DNA of 64,000 nt from Eledone cirrhosa (taxonomy: Eukaryota), in the NCBI GenBank assembly GCA_964016885.1, contig OZ024742.1, forward strand, positions 248,620,001 to 248,684,000, read 5' to 3'. The notes beneath the pieces were generated by a model, which did no database searches, had not been told where the DNA came from, and saw only the letters and a program-made list of their open reading frames with translations. Shown in pieces: positions 63,208-64,000 of this stretch. A program made the position numbers and the translations under genes. How positions within the stretch are numbered: the stretch's first letter is position 1; every line of letters begins with the position of its first letter.

Positions 63208-63405
63208 GGGCGGTGGATTGGCGGTGGATTGGCCGTAGCGGTAGAGGGTCGTACGCCATGTTTGCAGCAAAGAGATACGGCCATTTATGGTCTCAGTTCA
63301 AATCCCGCCGAGGTTAACTTTGCCTTTCATCCTTACGGTGTCGATAAAATAAAGTACCAGTAATGCACTGCGATAATTGCTGGCCTTGTGCCAAAAGTAG
63401 AAAGA
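63208..63405 (+). mobile_element. SINE family A with partially duplicated head
   Basis: gggcggtggattggcggtggattggc..cagttcaaatcccgccgaggttaactttgcctttcatcc..gtagaaa. Confidence 0.88.
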
Positions 63406-64000
63406 ATTATTTATAATTTCTTTTGTTTGATCATTAAATTGAATCATTCTTTTGTAATTTAAGATAACAGGAATCAGTATTCCTGGGAAATGTTCTATAC
63501 ATTTACATAAATATGTAATCGGAATATGTATAAATATAAAATTATTTCATTAAAACAATAATTAAACACATATAGATATAGTCTAAGAAGATCTCTCTCC
63601 TATTAGTGGACGGTCACAAATAATTCCCACTTGTGTAGATTCGTGTGTTTGAACACTAGGGACATTGGTTGGAAAGAATATGAGTATGTTTCTAATGTAT
63701 TCCCATATATTGCAAAGTATTTCCGATAGTTATCAACTTGGCTTAGTTGTTCTTATATTTATTATTTAAGTCGATTGATTGACAAGAAAAGCCGATAGCT
63801 AATAATCGGCAAAATGCCCGATATCGCTAATATGACCGATACTAAGGTGCTACATTAGATATTTTACATGAATTCTGAAAGAAAGATCAATATTGACATT
63901 CAGAAATTTTGCAGATTATAACATATATCAAAACAAATTAGGATATTTGCATATATCCACCATGTATGGAAACCTATCTATATTGACGTTTTGGATATTC

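Noticed and set aside
63016-63860. Possible hAT-like MITE with ccgat-rich subterminal motifs
   Set aside because: Terminal inverted repeats and an 8-bp TSD could not be matched convincingly.

Overview
Eukaryotic, very AT-rich, microsatellite-saturated DNA ((TA)n, (CA)n, (GA)n, (ATT)n, (ATC)n, (GGT)n). The SINE families and repeat style suggest an invertebrate, probably an octopod cephalopod (inference). No host gene can be supported, and most ORF-track entries are translated microsatellites. The window is dominated by transposons: a near-intact Penelope-like retroelement (RT + GIY-YIG, Naiad-type Cys motifs, 21.8-26.2 kb), decayed Naiad- and Neptune-type copies, three Tx1/L1-type LINE copies, an RTE LINE with a 5' inversion, R4/Dong-type LINE remnants, a Tc1/mariner remnant, a probable non-autonomous Helitron and many tRNA-derived SINEs, including a tandem array. 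The strongest non-obvious signal is at least 12 short non-coding fold-back (inverted-repeat) elements, mostly in or beside (TA)n tracts, together with about a dozen hammerhead-ribozyme-like cores (CTGANGA...stem...GAAA) from unrelated families with very variable stem II length. These look like a Penelope-driven, ribozyme-bearing, microsatellite-associated mini-element system. All calls come from reading the sequence by eye; no alignments, folds or searches were run, and boundaries are approximate.
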